Both the position numbers and the translations under genes were made by a program. A DNA stretch of 64,000 nucleotides, from sequence record MK482689.1, one strand, 5' to 3'. The notes beneath the pieces were generated by a model that saw nothing but the letters and a program-made list of their open reading frames with translations, ran no database searches and was not told the origin of the DNA. Below are positions 10,197-20,208 of this stretch, piece after piece. Position 1 is the stretch's first letter. Each line of letters begins with the position of its first letter. The DNA comes from Escherichia phage vB_EcoM_LMP33.

Positions 10197-10500
10197 TAAA
10201 GAAGGTGTGGCTCAGAAGAGCCACTTCTCAAACTACAATATCTCTATGACGGTGTTTATGAATGACCCGTTACTTGAGAAGTATGGTGAGACTCCAGATA
10301 CACTTCTGGATAATGAACAAGTTTTAAAAGCAGTCCTGTACAAATACGGGATTGATATTGAGAAAGAGTATTCTTTTGAAATCTGTCAACACAGGAATAC
10401 TTTTGGTAAAGTTGTAATGGCTCCACTCTTCATGGGTGTAGAAAGAACTGACTATGGTTGGTTATATCTAAAAAGAAACTTGGAGAAATACCGTGTCTAA
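10168..10500 (+). CDS. hypothetical protein
   Basis: 110-aa ORF in operon context. Confidence 0.3.
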   Translation: MVIMDSQNINKEGVAQKSHFSNYNISMTVFMNDPLLEKYGETPDTLLDNEQVLKAVLYKYGIDIEKEYSFEICQHRNTFGKVVMAPLFMGVERTDYGWLYLKRNLEKYRV

Positions 10501-10828
10501 AGCAAAAAAGCTATCTTATGATGACATTATCTCAGGTGCTAAATTAGGTGTTGATAGTATCGGACAAGATGTTAAGCACGGAGACACAGTTATGTACTGT
10601 GACGACAGAAGAGGCAGAAGTGCAATCTTGTTTGGAAGAATTGTTTGCAAGATGCGAGGCAATTACGTTGTTGCAGACATGGATGTGAATGTCACACAAA
10701 AACTTGAAACAATTATGGATGCTAGTACACCGTCATGGTTCCTAAATTGTATGCACGCCTCTTCAGTCACAAAAGTAAGTGATAAGTTTTACGATATGTG
10801 GCAGAATGAGCAAATTTTCAAGATTTAA
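10493..10828 (+). CDS. hypothetical protein
   Basis: 111-aa ORF followed by a strong terminator. Confidence 0.3.
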   Translation: MSKAKKLSYDDIISGAKLGVDSIGQDVKHGDTVMYCDDRRGRSAILFGRIVCKMRGNYVVADMDVNVTQKLETIMDASTPSWFLNCMHASSVTKVSDKFYDMWQNEQIFKI

Positions 10829-10834
10829 ACTAGG

Positions 10835-10857
10835 GAGCCTCTTCGGAGGCTCTTTTC
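10835..10857 (+). terminator. intrinsic terminator (GAGCCTC-TTCG-GAGGCTC + TTTTC)
   Basis: Perfect 7-bp stem with UUCG tetraloop and T-run. Confidence 0.65.
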
Positions 10858-10874
10858 ATCTGTAGGATTCAAAA

Positions 10875-13109
10875 ATGATTAAGACAATTAAAAAATCAAA
10901 CGGTACAGTAGTAAGCTTTGACCCAGAAAGACTGAATAAGTGGGCATCATGGGCAGATAAGCGCGGAATCATCTGGTCAGAAGTCACTATGGAAGCCATG
11001 AAACGTGTCTATGAAGGTTGCACTACAAAAGAGATGCACCAAGCCATGATTGATGTTTGTGTTGATAAACAAACTCAAGAGTACTCAGATATGGCTGGAC
11101 GGCTACTTCTGGGAATTATCTACAAAGAAGCCTTTGGAGGTTTTACTAAGGTTCCTACGCTGGTTACCTTCGTTAAAAATATGGAGAGAGCAGGACTTTG
11201 GGAGAAGATGGACTATTCTCAGGAAGAGCTTGAATACCTGCAAGGGTACATTGTGCACTCAAAAGATATCTCTTATGGTTATGCAGTCCTGAAACAGTTC
11301 AGAGACAAGTATGGTATCCGTGATATTAAAACGGGAAGACTTTTTGAGTCACCACAATTTATGTTTATGGGTATGGCTATGAAAGCCTTTGAGAAGCAAC
11401 CAAAGCACCGTAGACTGCAAGATGTTATCAAGCTGTACACTTACCTATCTGACCTGAAGATTAACGCTCCTACTCCTTACCTGAATGGTTTAAGAGCCAC
11501 TAAATCAGGTTATGCGTCATGCTGTTTGATTAAGGCGAATGATACCGCTGAATCTCTCGGTATTGCTGCAAAGGTTGCTTATGATATGACTACAAAGCAA
11601 GCTGGTATCGGGATGCTGATGGAGACTCGCACTATTGGTGATGGTATCCGTCAAAATACTATTGAACACATGGGTAAGCTACCTTATTACAAGCTTGTAC
11701 GTTCATCTGTAGAGGCAAACAAACAGAAGAGTCGTGGTGGTTCAGCTAACAACTTCTACACTGCTCTAGACCCGCAGATTGAAGATTTACTGCGTTTGAA
11801 GCACCCTACAACGGTTCCTTCTAAACGTATTAATGAGATGGACTACTCATTCGGCACAAACGATTACTTCTGGCAGTGTGTTCAGTATGATACAGATTGG
11901 TTGCTATTCTCTTACAAAGATGCACCAAAACTCTATGACATGTTCTACACAGCATCTGCTGATGAGTTTGCTATGGCAGTTGGTCACGCAGTACATTCAG
12001 GAGTTAAGCACAGACGAGTCAAGGCTCGTGAAATTGCTAAGCTGTTTATTCAACAGCGTTATGCTACAGGTCGTGTGTATCCATTCTTCACTAACAATGC
12101 AAACACACATACACCATTTAAAGAACCATTGAAGATGTCAAATCTTTGTATGGAAATTGTATTGCCAGTGTATGGTTTTGAGAAAGAGACAGACCTTTAC
12201 AGAGACGATGCTGTGAAAGAGGATGGTGAGGTGGCTCTTTGCTTCCTAGCTAGTTTGGTTGCAGGGAGAATTTCAGAAGATGAATACGCTGACGTTGCTT
12301 ATTATGCTCTTGCAATGGTTGACTCCGTTATTGACCTTATGGATTATCCGTATCCGTCGATGCGTAACCATGTTCAGAAGCGTCGTTCTGTTGGGATTGG
12401 CCTTACAAATGTGGCTCATTACCTTGCGAAGAACTATGTGAACTACTCTTCACGAGCAGGTAAAACGAAACTTCATGAACTGGCAGAGATGCACTCTTAC
12501 TATCTGCATGAAGCCTCTCTGAGACTTGCTAAAGAGCGTGGCGTTCCAGAGTACATGAAGTTCACTAAGTATCCTGAAGGCTGGGTTCCTCCAAAGACAG
12601 CTAACAAGAAGATTGATGAAAAGCATGATGCAAAACTACGATATGATTGGGATGACTTAGCACAACGTATCAAAGAAAATGGTGGAATCCGAAACTCTGT
12701 ATTAGAAGCTTACATGCCTAATGAGAGTTCTTCACTAGCAACTAACACGACAAATGGCTTGTACCCAATTCGTGACTTTATTTTAACTAAAAAGTCTGCA
12801 ACTGGTAACGTACTGTTTATTGTTCCAGATTATGAAGAGTTGAAGTATGTTTATGAAATTGCTTGGGATATTGACACCTTTGACATGATTGATTGTTATG
12901 CAATTGTTCAAAAGTTCACTGGTCAAGCTATTTCTTCAGACTTCTATGTTGACTATGCAAAGTCTAAGAAGGTATCATTGGCTCAAGCTCTGAAGTACAT
13001 GATTTATGCCAACTCGGTAGGTATGAAAACCATGTACTACCTTAATAGTCGCATTGGTGTAGGTAAATCTGCACTGCAAGATGCTTATTGCGAGGGTTGT
13101 GGTGTTTAG
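10875..13109 (+). CDS. nrdA: ribonucleoside-diphosphate reductase large subunit (class Ia)
   Basis: 744 aa; N-terminal ATP-cone-like region, C-terminal CEGCGV tail typical of class I alpha subunits; followed by the small subunit. Confidence 0.9.
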   Translation: MIKTIKKSNGTVVSFDPERLNKWASWADKRGIIWSEVTMEAMKRVYEGCTTKEMHQAMIDVCVDKQTQEYSDMAGRLLLGIIYKEAFGGFTKVPTLVTFVKNMERAGLWEKMDYSQEELEYLQGYIVHSKDISYGYAVLKQFRDKYGIRDIKTGRLFESPQFMFMGMAMKAFEKQPKHRRLQDVIKLYTYLSDLKINAPTPYLNGLRATKSGYASCCLIKANDTAESLGIAAKVAYDMTTKQAGIGMLMETRTIGDGIRQNTIEHMGKLPYYKLVRSSVEANKQKSRGGSANNFYTALDPQIEDLLRLKHPTTVPSKRINEMDYSFGTNDYFWQCVQYDTDWLLFSYKDAPKLYDMFYTASADEFAMAVGHAVHSGVKHRRVKAREIAKLFIQQRYATGRVYPFFTNNANTHTPFKEPLKMSNLCMEIVLPVYGFEKETDLYRDDAVKEDGEVALCFLASLVAGRISEDEYADVAYYALAMVDSVIDLMDYPYPSMRNHVQKRRSVGIGLTNVAHYLAKNYVNYSSRAGKTKLHELAEMHSYYLHEASLRLAKERGVPEYMKFTKYPEGWVPPKTANKKIDEKHDAKLRYDWDDLAQRIKENGGIRNSVLEAYMPNESSSLATNTTNGLYPIRDFILTKKSATGNVLFIVPDYEELKYVYEIAWDIDTFDMIDCYAIVQKFTGQAISSDFYVDYAKSKKVSLAQALKYMIYANSVGMKTMYYLNSRIGVGKSALQDAYCEGCGV

Positions 13110-13165
13110 TTTTAACAACTATGGGGGGTCGTAAAAGACCCTCTAAAAATAACTTTGGAGAGACC

Positions 13166-13423
13166 ATGAAAGATTTAATAGAAAAACATGAGCGACCTAT
13201 ATACTTGCTCCATAAGCCTCGGAAAACGATGTACTATGTGAGTAGCACAGACATGATGATAAAACAAAATGATGACTCATGGGTTGCTGGTATCTCTTAC
13301 ATCTCTACAGCAGATGGTAAAATCTACGCAAGACCTTATGAGATGTTTAACAAAGAAAATTGGGAAGTTTTAGACAGAAAACAAGCCTTAGAAATGATAA
13401 AGAAAGGAGAAATCACGCTATGA
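13166..13423 (+). CDS. hypothetical protein
   Basis: ATG at 13166 with GGAGAGA RBS; the track's longer ORF from 13088 overlaps the nrdA end and is less likely. Confidence 0.3.
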   Translation: MKDLIEKHERPIYLLHKPRKTMYYVSSTDMMIKQNDDSWVAGISYISTADGKIYARPYEMFNKENWEVLDRKQALEMIKKGEITL

Positions 13424-14493
13424 TTAACCAGCACCCAATCTTTTTAGGTGGTGAGAGAAAAACTTTTGACTCACTCAATAAGCACTACCCAAAAATCTTT
13501 GAACTTTATAAACAACAAAAAGCACAAGACTGGTCAGAAGATGAGTTCCCTTTTGAACAATCACGTCTTGATTTTGAGAGTGTCCCAGCATCAATGTCAG
13601 GTGTAATGCTTGAGATTCTTAAGTGGCAATGGGAAGCAGATACTCAAGTTGCTAAGAGCTTGGCATTTGCCTTTGCACCCTTTATCTCTGATGACATCTA
13701 TGCAACTGCAATTATGAAGCAGTCTGAGATTGAAAACCTACATGCTCTTACTTACTCAGAGATTGTAAGACAATGTATTAAAAACCCTGAAACAATCTTA
13801 GATGAGATTAACCAGAATGTTGCTGTGCAAGACCGATTAAAAACTGTGAATCGTGTTCTTGAAGAATTACTGGATGAAGGTATAAACTACCGTCTGAGTT
13901 ATGTACGTGATTCACTTCTGGACAAAGACCCTTTGCACTTCCATAAAGTGATTCTGAAAGGGCTGTTTGCAGTGACTGCACTTGAAGGCATATCTTTTAT
14001 GGCATCCTTTGCATGTACTTTTGCACTTGATGCTCAAGATAAATTTCAGGGTATTGCTCAAGCTGTCCAGAAAATTATGCTTGACGAAATCCTTCACACT
14101 AAAATTGATATTGAAGTTTTAAAAGAAACTTTAAGAGATGATGAATGGCAGAAAGCTTTTCAACAAATTCTTCCAGAGATTAAAGTAATCTTAGATGAAG
14201 TAGTTGAAAGTGAAGAGAAATGGTCGTATTATATCTTCTCCGAAGGACGTGCTGTAGTTGGCTTGAATACAAAGCTTCTTCATGAGTGGGTTTACTATAA
14301 TGCTGCCCCACTGTATGATATGTTTGGCATTCCCAGAGATTTTGTAGCTCCTAAAGAACCACCTTTGAAGTACATGATTAAGAAGATGGAAATTGATAAA
14401 GAGCAGAATGCTAATCAGGAGCAACAGAACGGTGCGTACCTGTTGAATACTGTTGTAGATGATTTGAATAGTGGATTTTTAGAGGTTCCTTAA
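13421..14493 (+). CDS. nrdB: ribonucleoside-diphosphate reductase small subunit
   Basis: Start MINQHPIFLGG preceded by AAGGAG RBS; ferritin-like small-subunit sequence; adjacent to nrdA. Confidence 0.85.
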
Positions 14494-14735
14494 TGACTTA
14501 TGTAATTTACTCCAAAACTGGATGCCCTCAGTGTGAGACTGCAAAGAATTTTGCAAAAGCTCGTGGTATTGACCATGTTGTGAGAATGTTAGGGCAGGAC
14601 TATGAACTATCAGACCTGATGGATATTGCACAGATGCCAGTTCGTCAGATGCCATTCATCATGAAAACTGATGGACAAAACCTAAAACCTGTTGGAACGC
14701 TACAGAATTTTATGGCAGAGGTGAATAATGCTTAA
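14493..14735 (+). CDS. glutaredoxin-like protein (NrdH/thioredoxin fold, CPQC)
   Basis: 80 aa with redox motif TGCPQCETAK; translationally coupled to nrdB. Confidence 0.7.
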   Translation: MTYVIYSKTGCPQCETAKNFAKARGIDHVVRMLGQDYELSDLMDIAQMPVRQMPFIMKTDGQNLKPVGTLQNFMAEVNNA

Positions 14736-14934
14736 ACGCCTTTGGGAAGGTCTGGTTGTTGATGCACCAGCCATTGTGATTGGTATGCTTGTTGTTAACC
14801 TATTTACTGATTTTGAACAAGGTTCATTGTTTGGAGCCATGTTACTATGGGTTATCTTTGAAATATTAGAGATACAGTTAGGCATCACTGAAAAACTGAG
14901 AAAACTCGTTTCTAAGTTTTCTAAAAAGATTTAA
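14728..14934 (+). CDS. small membrane protein (hypothetical)
   Basis: 68 aa with two hydrophobic helices. Confidence 0.3.
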   Translation: MLKRLWEGLVVDAPAIVIGMLVVNLFTDFEQGSLFGAMLLWVIFEILEIQLGITEKLRKLVSKFSKKI

Positions 14935-14941
14935 AATGAAA

Positions 14942-14963
14942 GGGTCTCTTCGGAGACCTTTTT
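14942..14963 (+). terminator. intrinsic terminator (GGGTCTC-TTCG-GAGACC + TTTTT)
   Basis: Hairpin with UUCG loop and T-run. Confidence 0.6.
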
Positions 14964-14982
14964 AGCATGTAAAGGGGCAATA

Positions 14983-17127
14983 ATGAACAAAGTACAGATT
15001 ATTAAAAAGAATGGCTCACTTGAAGAACCTGATATCAAAAAAGTTTTAGCAGCAGTCACAAAGTCAGCTAACAGAGTTGGTTATAAAGAGCTTCCACCAG
15101 ATGTTACTCAAGCTCTTGAGTCAGCATTTATGAGGATTCTGGTAAAGTCCACTAAGCAGAATAATTTGCTAATTTCGGTAAATGATATTCACAGTATTGT
15201 TGAGGGTGCTTTGGCAGAAGTCAATCACGAGATTTATGAGTCTTACTCAACATATAGAAATTACCGTAAAGAGGTTGCTCAAAATTGGGATGAACTCTAC
15301 CAGAAGACTAAAGATACACTCTTCTTAGGTGACCGTGAAAATGCTAACTTTGACAGCAGTTTAATTTCTACGAAAGGTTCAATTATCCGTGGTTACCTGA
15401 CTAAAGAAATCTTTAAACAGTATCATCTAACACCAGAGGAACTTGAAGCCATTGAGAAAGGCTTTATCTATATCCATGATTTAAGAGACCTGATTTTTGG
15501 TGGTATTAACTGTTGCCTGTTTGACATTGGTAAAGTACTAAAAGGTGGCTTTGAAATGTCCGGCATTGAGTACTGTGAACCTAAATCTGTACTGTCAGCG
15601 TTGCAGGTTATTGGTGACGTAGTACTTTCAGCAACTGCACAGCAATTTGGTGGTTTTACTTTAGCAGAGATTGATAAGGTACTTGTACCGTATGCTAAGA
15701 AGTCTCTACGCTATCATGCTGAGAAAGCATCATCTTATGGTATTCCTAAAGAGCATTACCACAATTATGTAATGGAGCAGTTACAAATTGAACTGACTCA
15801 AGGTTTTCAGTCACTTGAGATGAAACTAAATACCGTGCCTTGTAGCCGTGGTGATTTTGCATTCACAACTTTGACATTCGGGTTACTTGACTCAGATATG
15901 TCCAATGAAGATAACCGACTGCAATATATGATTGCAAGTACTCTCCTAGATGTTCGTATGAATGGTCAAGGTAAGAGCAAGAAACCTGTTGTATTCCCTA
16001 AACTGGTTTATATTTATGACCAGAAGAGACACAATGAGAATATCTGTCAAGGTCACCTGTACAGTAAAGCTATTGAGTGTTGCTCTAAAGCAATGTATCC
16101 AGATTTCTTAAGTGTATCTGGTCATGGTGCTGTAGCAGAGGCTTTTGAGCGTTCTGGTAAGGTAATTTCACCGATGGGTTGCAGAGCCTTCTTATCTCCG
16201 TATCTTAACGAGAATGGGGAAGAGTTCTACGTTGGTCGTGCTAACATTGGTGCTGTATCTTTGAACTTACCAATGATTTACCAGTATTCTAAAGAGAGTG
16301 GTTTAGATTTCTGGAAAGAGCTTGATAAGTACCTAGAGATGATTCGCAGCTTCCACAAGAAACGCTACGAAATGATTGCTAATATGCCAGCAAGTTCTAA
16401 CCCTCTTGCATTCACACAAGGTGGTCTGTACAAAGGGACTAAGAAACCTACTGACAAGGTTGGTTGGGATATCGTGAAGTCCTTCACAGCTTCTTTTGGG
16501 GTTACTGCTCTTGATGAGCTATCTGTTCTTGCTGAGGGTAAACGACTTCATGAAGTTGGAAGCTATAGTTTTGCATACGATGTTCTGGCGTACATCAACA
16601 TGAAAACTGAAGAGTTTAAAAATGAAGATGGCTTCTTGTATGCAGTATATGGTACTCCAGCAGAGTCATTGTGTGGAACTCAGCTAAAACAGTTCAGAGA
16701 TATGTTTGGTGTTATCAAAGGCGTTTCTGACAAGGAATACTTTACAAACAGTTTCCATATGAATGTTGCAGCAAACATCTCACCATTTGAGAAGCAGGAC
16801 TTAGAAGAACCCTTCTTCCATATCTGTAGAGGCGGTAGAATCCAGTATGTAAGAGTAGCTAACCCAGAAAACTTATCAGCACTTAAGAGCTGTATTACAA
16901 GAGGAATGTTGAAAGGTTTCTATCAGGGACTTAACTTTGACTTAGCAATCTGTGAACATTGTGGTAACAGGCCAAAGGCTGATGTTGAAGAATGTGAAGT
17001 TTGTCACTCACATGATATCTCTGTGATTAACAGGGTGTGTGGGTATCTTGGATGGACTAAGATTAAAGGTGAATCCCGAATGAACGATGCAAAAATCGCT
17101 GAGATTCGTGACAGAGTTTCTATGTAA
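14983..17127 (+). CDS. nrdD: anaerobic ribonucleoside-triphosphate reductase
   Basis: 714 aa; C-terminal zinc ribbon CEHCG...CEVCHSHD and glycyl-radical motif RVCGYLG. Confidence 0.9.
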   Translation: MNKVQIIKKNGSLEEPDIKKVLAAVTKSANRVGYKELPPDVTQALESAFMRILVKSTKQNNLLISVNDIHSIVEGALAEVNHEIYESYSTYRNYRKEVAQNWDELYQKTKDTLFLGDRENANFDSSLISTKGSIIRGYLTKEIFKQYHLTPEELEAIEKGFIYIHDLRDLIFGGINCCLFDIGKVLKGGFEMSGIEYCEPKSVLSALQVIGDVVLSATAQQFGGFTLAEIDKVLVPYAKKSLRYHAEKASSYGIPKEHYHNYVMEQLQIELTQGFQSLEMKLNTVPCSRGDFAFTTLTFGLLDSDMSNEDNRLQYMIASTLLDVRMNGQGKSKKPVVFPKLVYIYDQKRHNENICQGHLYSKAIECCSKAMYPDFLSVSGHGAVAEAFERSGKVISPMGCRAFLSPYLNENGEEFYVGRANIGAVSLNLPMIYQYSKESGLDFWKELDKYLEMIRSFHKKRYEMIANMPASSNPLAFTQGGLYKGTKKPTDKVGWDIVKSFTASFGVTALDELSVLAEGKRLHEVGSYSFAYDVLAYINMKTEEFKNEDGFLYAVYGTPAESLCGTQLKQFRDMFGVIKGVSDKEYFTNSFHMNVAANISPFEKQDLEEPFFHICRGGRIQYVRVANPENLSALKSCITRGMLKGFYQGLNFDLAICEHCGNRPKADVEECEVCHSHDISVINRVCGYLGWTKIKGESRMNDAKIAEIRDRVSM

Positions 17128-17189
17128 AACTTGACATGGTGGTGTGAGTCTTGATAGGCTTACATCACCTTTTTTATTGGATGTTAGAT

Positions 17190-17306
17190 ATGGCAGAGAG
17201 TATTATTGGGTTGTTCATAGGTTCTGTCTTACTAGGGTTCTTTTTAGGACTCTCTTATTGTGAATTGAAAGGTAAGTTAAAATGTTTAAGATATCAAAAG
17301 CGTTGA
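17190..17306 (+). CDS. small hydrophobic peptide (38 aa), hypothetical
   Basis: MAESIIGLFIGSVLLGFFLGLSYCELKGKLKCLRYQKR; single transmembrane helix; between nrdD and nrdG. Confidence 0.2.
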   Translation: MAESIIGLFIGSVLLGFFLGLSYCELKGKLKCLRYQKR

Positions 17307-17482
17307 TATACATACTCCATATTCTAGTCTTCTTCTTTGGGGTTAGTGTTATGGTATGGGGTTTTTCAGACCCACAATGGAGTTTCTCATATCATGGTCA
17401 GATGGATTTATGGTCATGCTTCAAACCATTTTTAGGGTTAGTCATAGCATTCAGTGCATTACCAACTAAGGTGAAATTATGA
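17282..17482 (+). CDS. small membrane protein (hypothetical)
   Basis: 66 aa, two predicted TM helices. Confidence 0.3.
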   Translation: MFKISKALIYILHILVFFFGVSVMVWGFSDPQWSFSYHGQMDLWSCFKPFLGLVIAFSALPTKVKL

Positions 17483-17874
17483 TTAAGTTGAGCCAAAAAC
17501 AGTTAGAGTGGATTAAAGATTATGCCTCAGAGTGTGGCTCTTGTGAAAAGAATCACGTAAGATACTCAACATTCCACACGGTCTTCACATTGTATATCGG
17601 CGACAATGTTCTAAGTGATTCTGTAGAAGATGGTGTAGCATTGCCTAATGAATTGCTTGACAAATTAGCTGTAGTCACTGGAACTTGGTCTGAAGAAGAT
17701 GGTCACGAACTATCTGATGATGTTGTCTTCTACAGTCTTGAAAACATCATGAATCCAGAGTACATTATGCTAATGACTTGCGCACAAGATTGTGTACCAT
17801 TACAAAACTTCATTAAAGAGCACTGTGAAGAATTTATTACTAAACAGGTTCCTTGTCAGGTGGTGTTTGAATGA
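17479..17874 (+). CDS. hypothetical protein (Cys-rich N-terminus)
   Basis: 131-aa ORF, coupled to neighbours. Confidence 0.35.
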   Translation: MIKLSQKQLEWIKDYASECGSCEKNHVRYSTFHTVFTLYIGDNVLSDSVEDGVALPNELLDKLAVVTGTWSEEDGHELSDDVVFYSLENIMNPEYIMLMTCAQDCVPLQNFIKEHCEEFITKQVPCQVVFE

Positions 17875-18170
17875 GTAAAACAATTCGAAGAAAAGGTTTA
17901 AAGAACGTTCATGGACTCTATGAGTGGAGAAATGAGGTACGTAACAGAGAAAATGCTTCAGATGTCTACTTCCATTCTGATATGATGTCCAGAAAAGGTG
18001 GCTCTTATGACTTTACAAGTCAACCTTGTAGGGAGATTAAGAAGGCTACTAAACGTCTTACAAGAACACAAATCAGGCAGCTTTCTAAGACATCCTTCTT
18101 AGATGAAGACTTTGACATTGATAGCAAGTCTCCAAAGAAAGCCGCTAAGAACACTTATATGTATTGGTGA
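17871..18170 (+). CDS. hypothetical basic protein
   Basis: 99-aa ORF. Confidence 0.3.
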   Translation: MSKTIRRKGLKNVHGLYEWRNEVRNRENASDVYFHSDMMSRKGGSYDFTSQPCREIKKATKRLTRTQIRQLSKTSFLDEDFDIDSKSPKKAAKNTYMYW

Positions 18171-18179
18171 GGTAACTAG

Positions 18180-18665
18180 ATGAATTACATGGAGATTCGA
18201 CCATTTGACACAGCTAATGGTGAAGGGGTTCGTGTAAGCCTCTTCGTAGCTGGTTGTAAGCATCACTGCGAAGGCTGCTTTAACAGGGAGTCTTGGAAGT
18301 TTAATGCTGGTAAAGTGTTCACTTATGCAAACCTATATGGAATCATCCAGTTAATGGGTGACGATGCTGTCAGTGGGTTGTCAATACTTGGTGGAGAACC
18401 TCTGGATGATAGAAATATTCAAGAGGTTACCAATATATGTAAACGTATTAAAACTGTTTACCCAGAGAAGTCTATCTGGCTCTGGACAGGTTTTCAGTTA
18501 CACGAAAAAATTCACCTAGATGTAATGAAATATGTTGACGTGGTGATTGATGGTAAGTATGATTCATCTAAACCAACAGTTAAACCGTATCGTGGTTCTG
18601 ATAACCAAAACCTCTGGAGAAAAGAGTATGGGTGGCAAGGTGATTGTCAGTGGCGAGCCGAGTAA
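18180..18665 (+). CDS. nrdG: anaerobic ribonucleotide reductase activating protein (radical SAM)
   Basis: N-terminal FDTANGEGVRVSLFVAGCKHHCEGC (CxxxCxxC-type cluster site) as in NrdG; downstream of nrdD. Confidence 0.8.
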   Translation: MNYMEIRPFDTANGEGVRVSLFVAGCKHHCEGCFNRESWKFNAGKVFTYANLYGIIQLMGDDAVSGLSILGGEPLDDRNIQEVTNICKRIKTVYPEKSIWLWTGFQLHEKIHLDVMKYVDVVIDGKYDSSKPTVKPYRGSDNQNLWRKEYGWQGDCQWRAE

Positions 18666-18790
18666 GTCTCGTCGTAAAGTAGGTTATCGGTAAAGGCCAC
18701 TTTACAATGTTCTACAGAACAAACTTAACCGTTTGGTGTCACTGAAGAAGAACTTAAAATCTTTTGTGAAAAGATTGAGAGAGATATGAA

Positions 18791-19048
18791 ATGGGACTCT
18801 GGAATAGTTTTAAATCAAAAGTAAAAGCAGCACTAGCTTCATTAGGTATGCTCACTGGTGTTGATGTGACTCATCTTATGCAGAACTTTAAGATGGATGA
18901 GAAGCTGGCTAATGAGATTATGAAAAGTATCTATGTAGGCCGTGGCAAAGGTGGTAAGAAACAAGCCCACCGTCCGTCTGGTGCAGCAGCTATTAAACGA
19001 GCAGCTAAGAAAGCTCGTAACCGTAAACGTAATAAGAAGGCTAAATAA
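18791..19048 (+). CDS. hypothetical protein with basic C-terminus
   Basis: 85-aa ORF ending KKARNRKRNKKAK. Confidence 0.3.
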   Translation: MGLWNSFKSKVKAALASLGMLTGVDVTHLMQNFKMDEKLANEIMKSIYVGRGKGGKKQAHRPSGAAAIKRAAKKARNRKRNKKAK

Positions 19049-19050
19049 TC

Positions 19051-19371
19051 ATGAGCAAAGTTTATAACACTCGTAAATTACAGATTTTCGTACTGTGCCA
19101 GTTTATGGCTAAAGAATATAACTTCTACTATTGTGGTACAGGTTTTATTAGCGATGATGATGGCTCATACCTACCATTCAAAGAAGCTGTAAAACTCTTT
19201 AATGAAGAGAAAAGCTCTAAGAAAGATATTGAAAAGGTTAAGCTAACCTACAGCAAGAAAGATAAGAAGATTATCTGCCTAGATAACTTTGTAAAAGTTA
19301 CTGGGGAAGCAAAAGAGTTTATGGATGAGAGTGAGATTTCATTCACAAGCATCTTGAAAGTAGCTCAGTAA
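19051..19371 (+). CDS. hypothetical protein
   Basis: 106-aa ORF followed by terminator. Confidence 0.3.
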   Translation: MSKVYNTRKLQIFVLCQFMAKEYNFYYCGTGFISDDDGSYLPFKEAVKLFNEEKSSKKDIEKVKLTYSKKDKKIICLDNFVKVTGEAKEFMDESEISFTSILKVAQ

Positions 19372-19384
19372 ACAGATACTATAA

Positions 19385-19412
19385 GGGAACTGTAAAGGTT
19401 CCCTTTTATTTT
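19385..19412 (+). terminator. intrinsic terminator (GGGAAC..GTTCCC + T-run)
   Basis: Hairpin plus TTTTATTTT. Confidence 0.55.
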
Positions 19413-19421
19413 GGAGATGAT

Positions 19422-19937
19422 ATGTATCTGTCAAACCTAAAACGTTCTGCTGCAATGTCAGTTCTAAGACTCAGCTTTGATGAGCGTCAAGAGTTTATAG
19501 ACTCCCACAAATATGACCCTTCAAATTCTAATCACATGGTTCTTTGGAATCGTGATAACTTCCGTGAAAGAGCACTTGTCCGTTATTACCCACACTACAC
19601 AATAGATAACCTGTATGAATGGTGTGTTGTGAAGAACACCATTGCAACACTGAACAATCTTTGCAGGTATACGGGTAAGCAAACATTTACATTAGGTCAT
19701 CACAAACCTGTTACAAAAGGTGGTGAACACCACTGTGCAAACTGGTTTATCCAAACTAAAACTGATAACCAGAAGCAAGGAGATAGCCTCCTAAGTATCC
19801 CCAAGATGACCTATGAAGAGCAAGAGAAATATATCAAAAATAATATGCCAGATGTGCTTGACAACAACTATACAGATTTGGCAATATCTCTCCTGTTGAA
19901 GTTCGAGACAGTTTATAGGGCAACTTATAATGGCTAA
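19422..19937 (+). CDS. HNH endonuclease-like protein (putative)
   Basis: GHHKPVTKGGEHHCANWFIQTKTDN resembles the HNH core (HH...GG...N). Confidence 0.35.
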   Translation: MYLSNLKRSAAMSVLRLSFDERQEFIDSHKYDPSNSNHMVLWNRDNFRERALVRYYPHYTIDNLYEWCVVKNTIATLNNLCRYTGKQTFTLGHHKPVTKGGEHHCANWFIQTKTDNQKQGDSLLSIPKMTYEEQEKYIKNNMPDVLDNNYTDLAISLLLKFETVYRATYNG

Positions 19938-20208
19938 AGAAAAGTGGGAGATTTTACCATTAGTCAGTGAAGGAGGTAATGGTTGTGAAATGTACATGAT
20001 ACGTGGTCATGTTCCAGAGCCAATTGCACTTGAGATGGTAAACAACTTTACAGATGGTTCTTACAAAGACTTAGGCGAACCAACTGTCAAGCAACAATGG
20101 GTTAAACCTGTACCAGACAGCACAGGTAACTGTAGTGTACTTTATCACGTTGTAGACCCTGCAAAATGCAAATCTGCAATGGCAGTAACAAACGTAACTT
20201 TTGATTGA
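19930..20208 (+). CDS. hypothetical protein
   Basis: 92-aa ORF. Confidence 0.3.
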   Translation: MAKEKWEILPLVSEGGNGCEMYMIRGHVPEPIALEMVNNFTDGSYKDLGEPTVKQQWVKPVPDSTGNCSVLYHVVDPAKCKSAMAVTNVTFD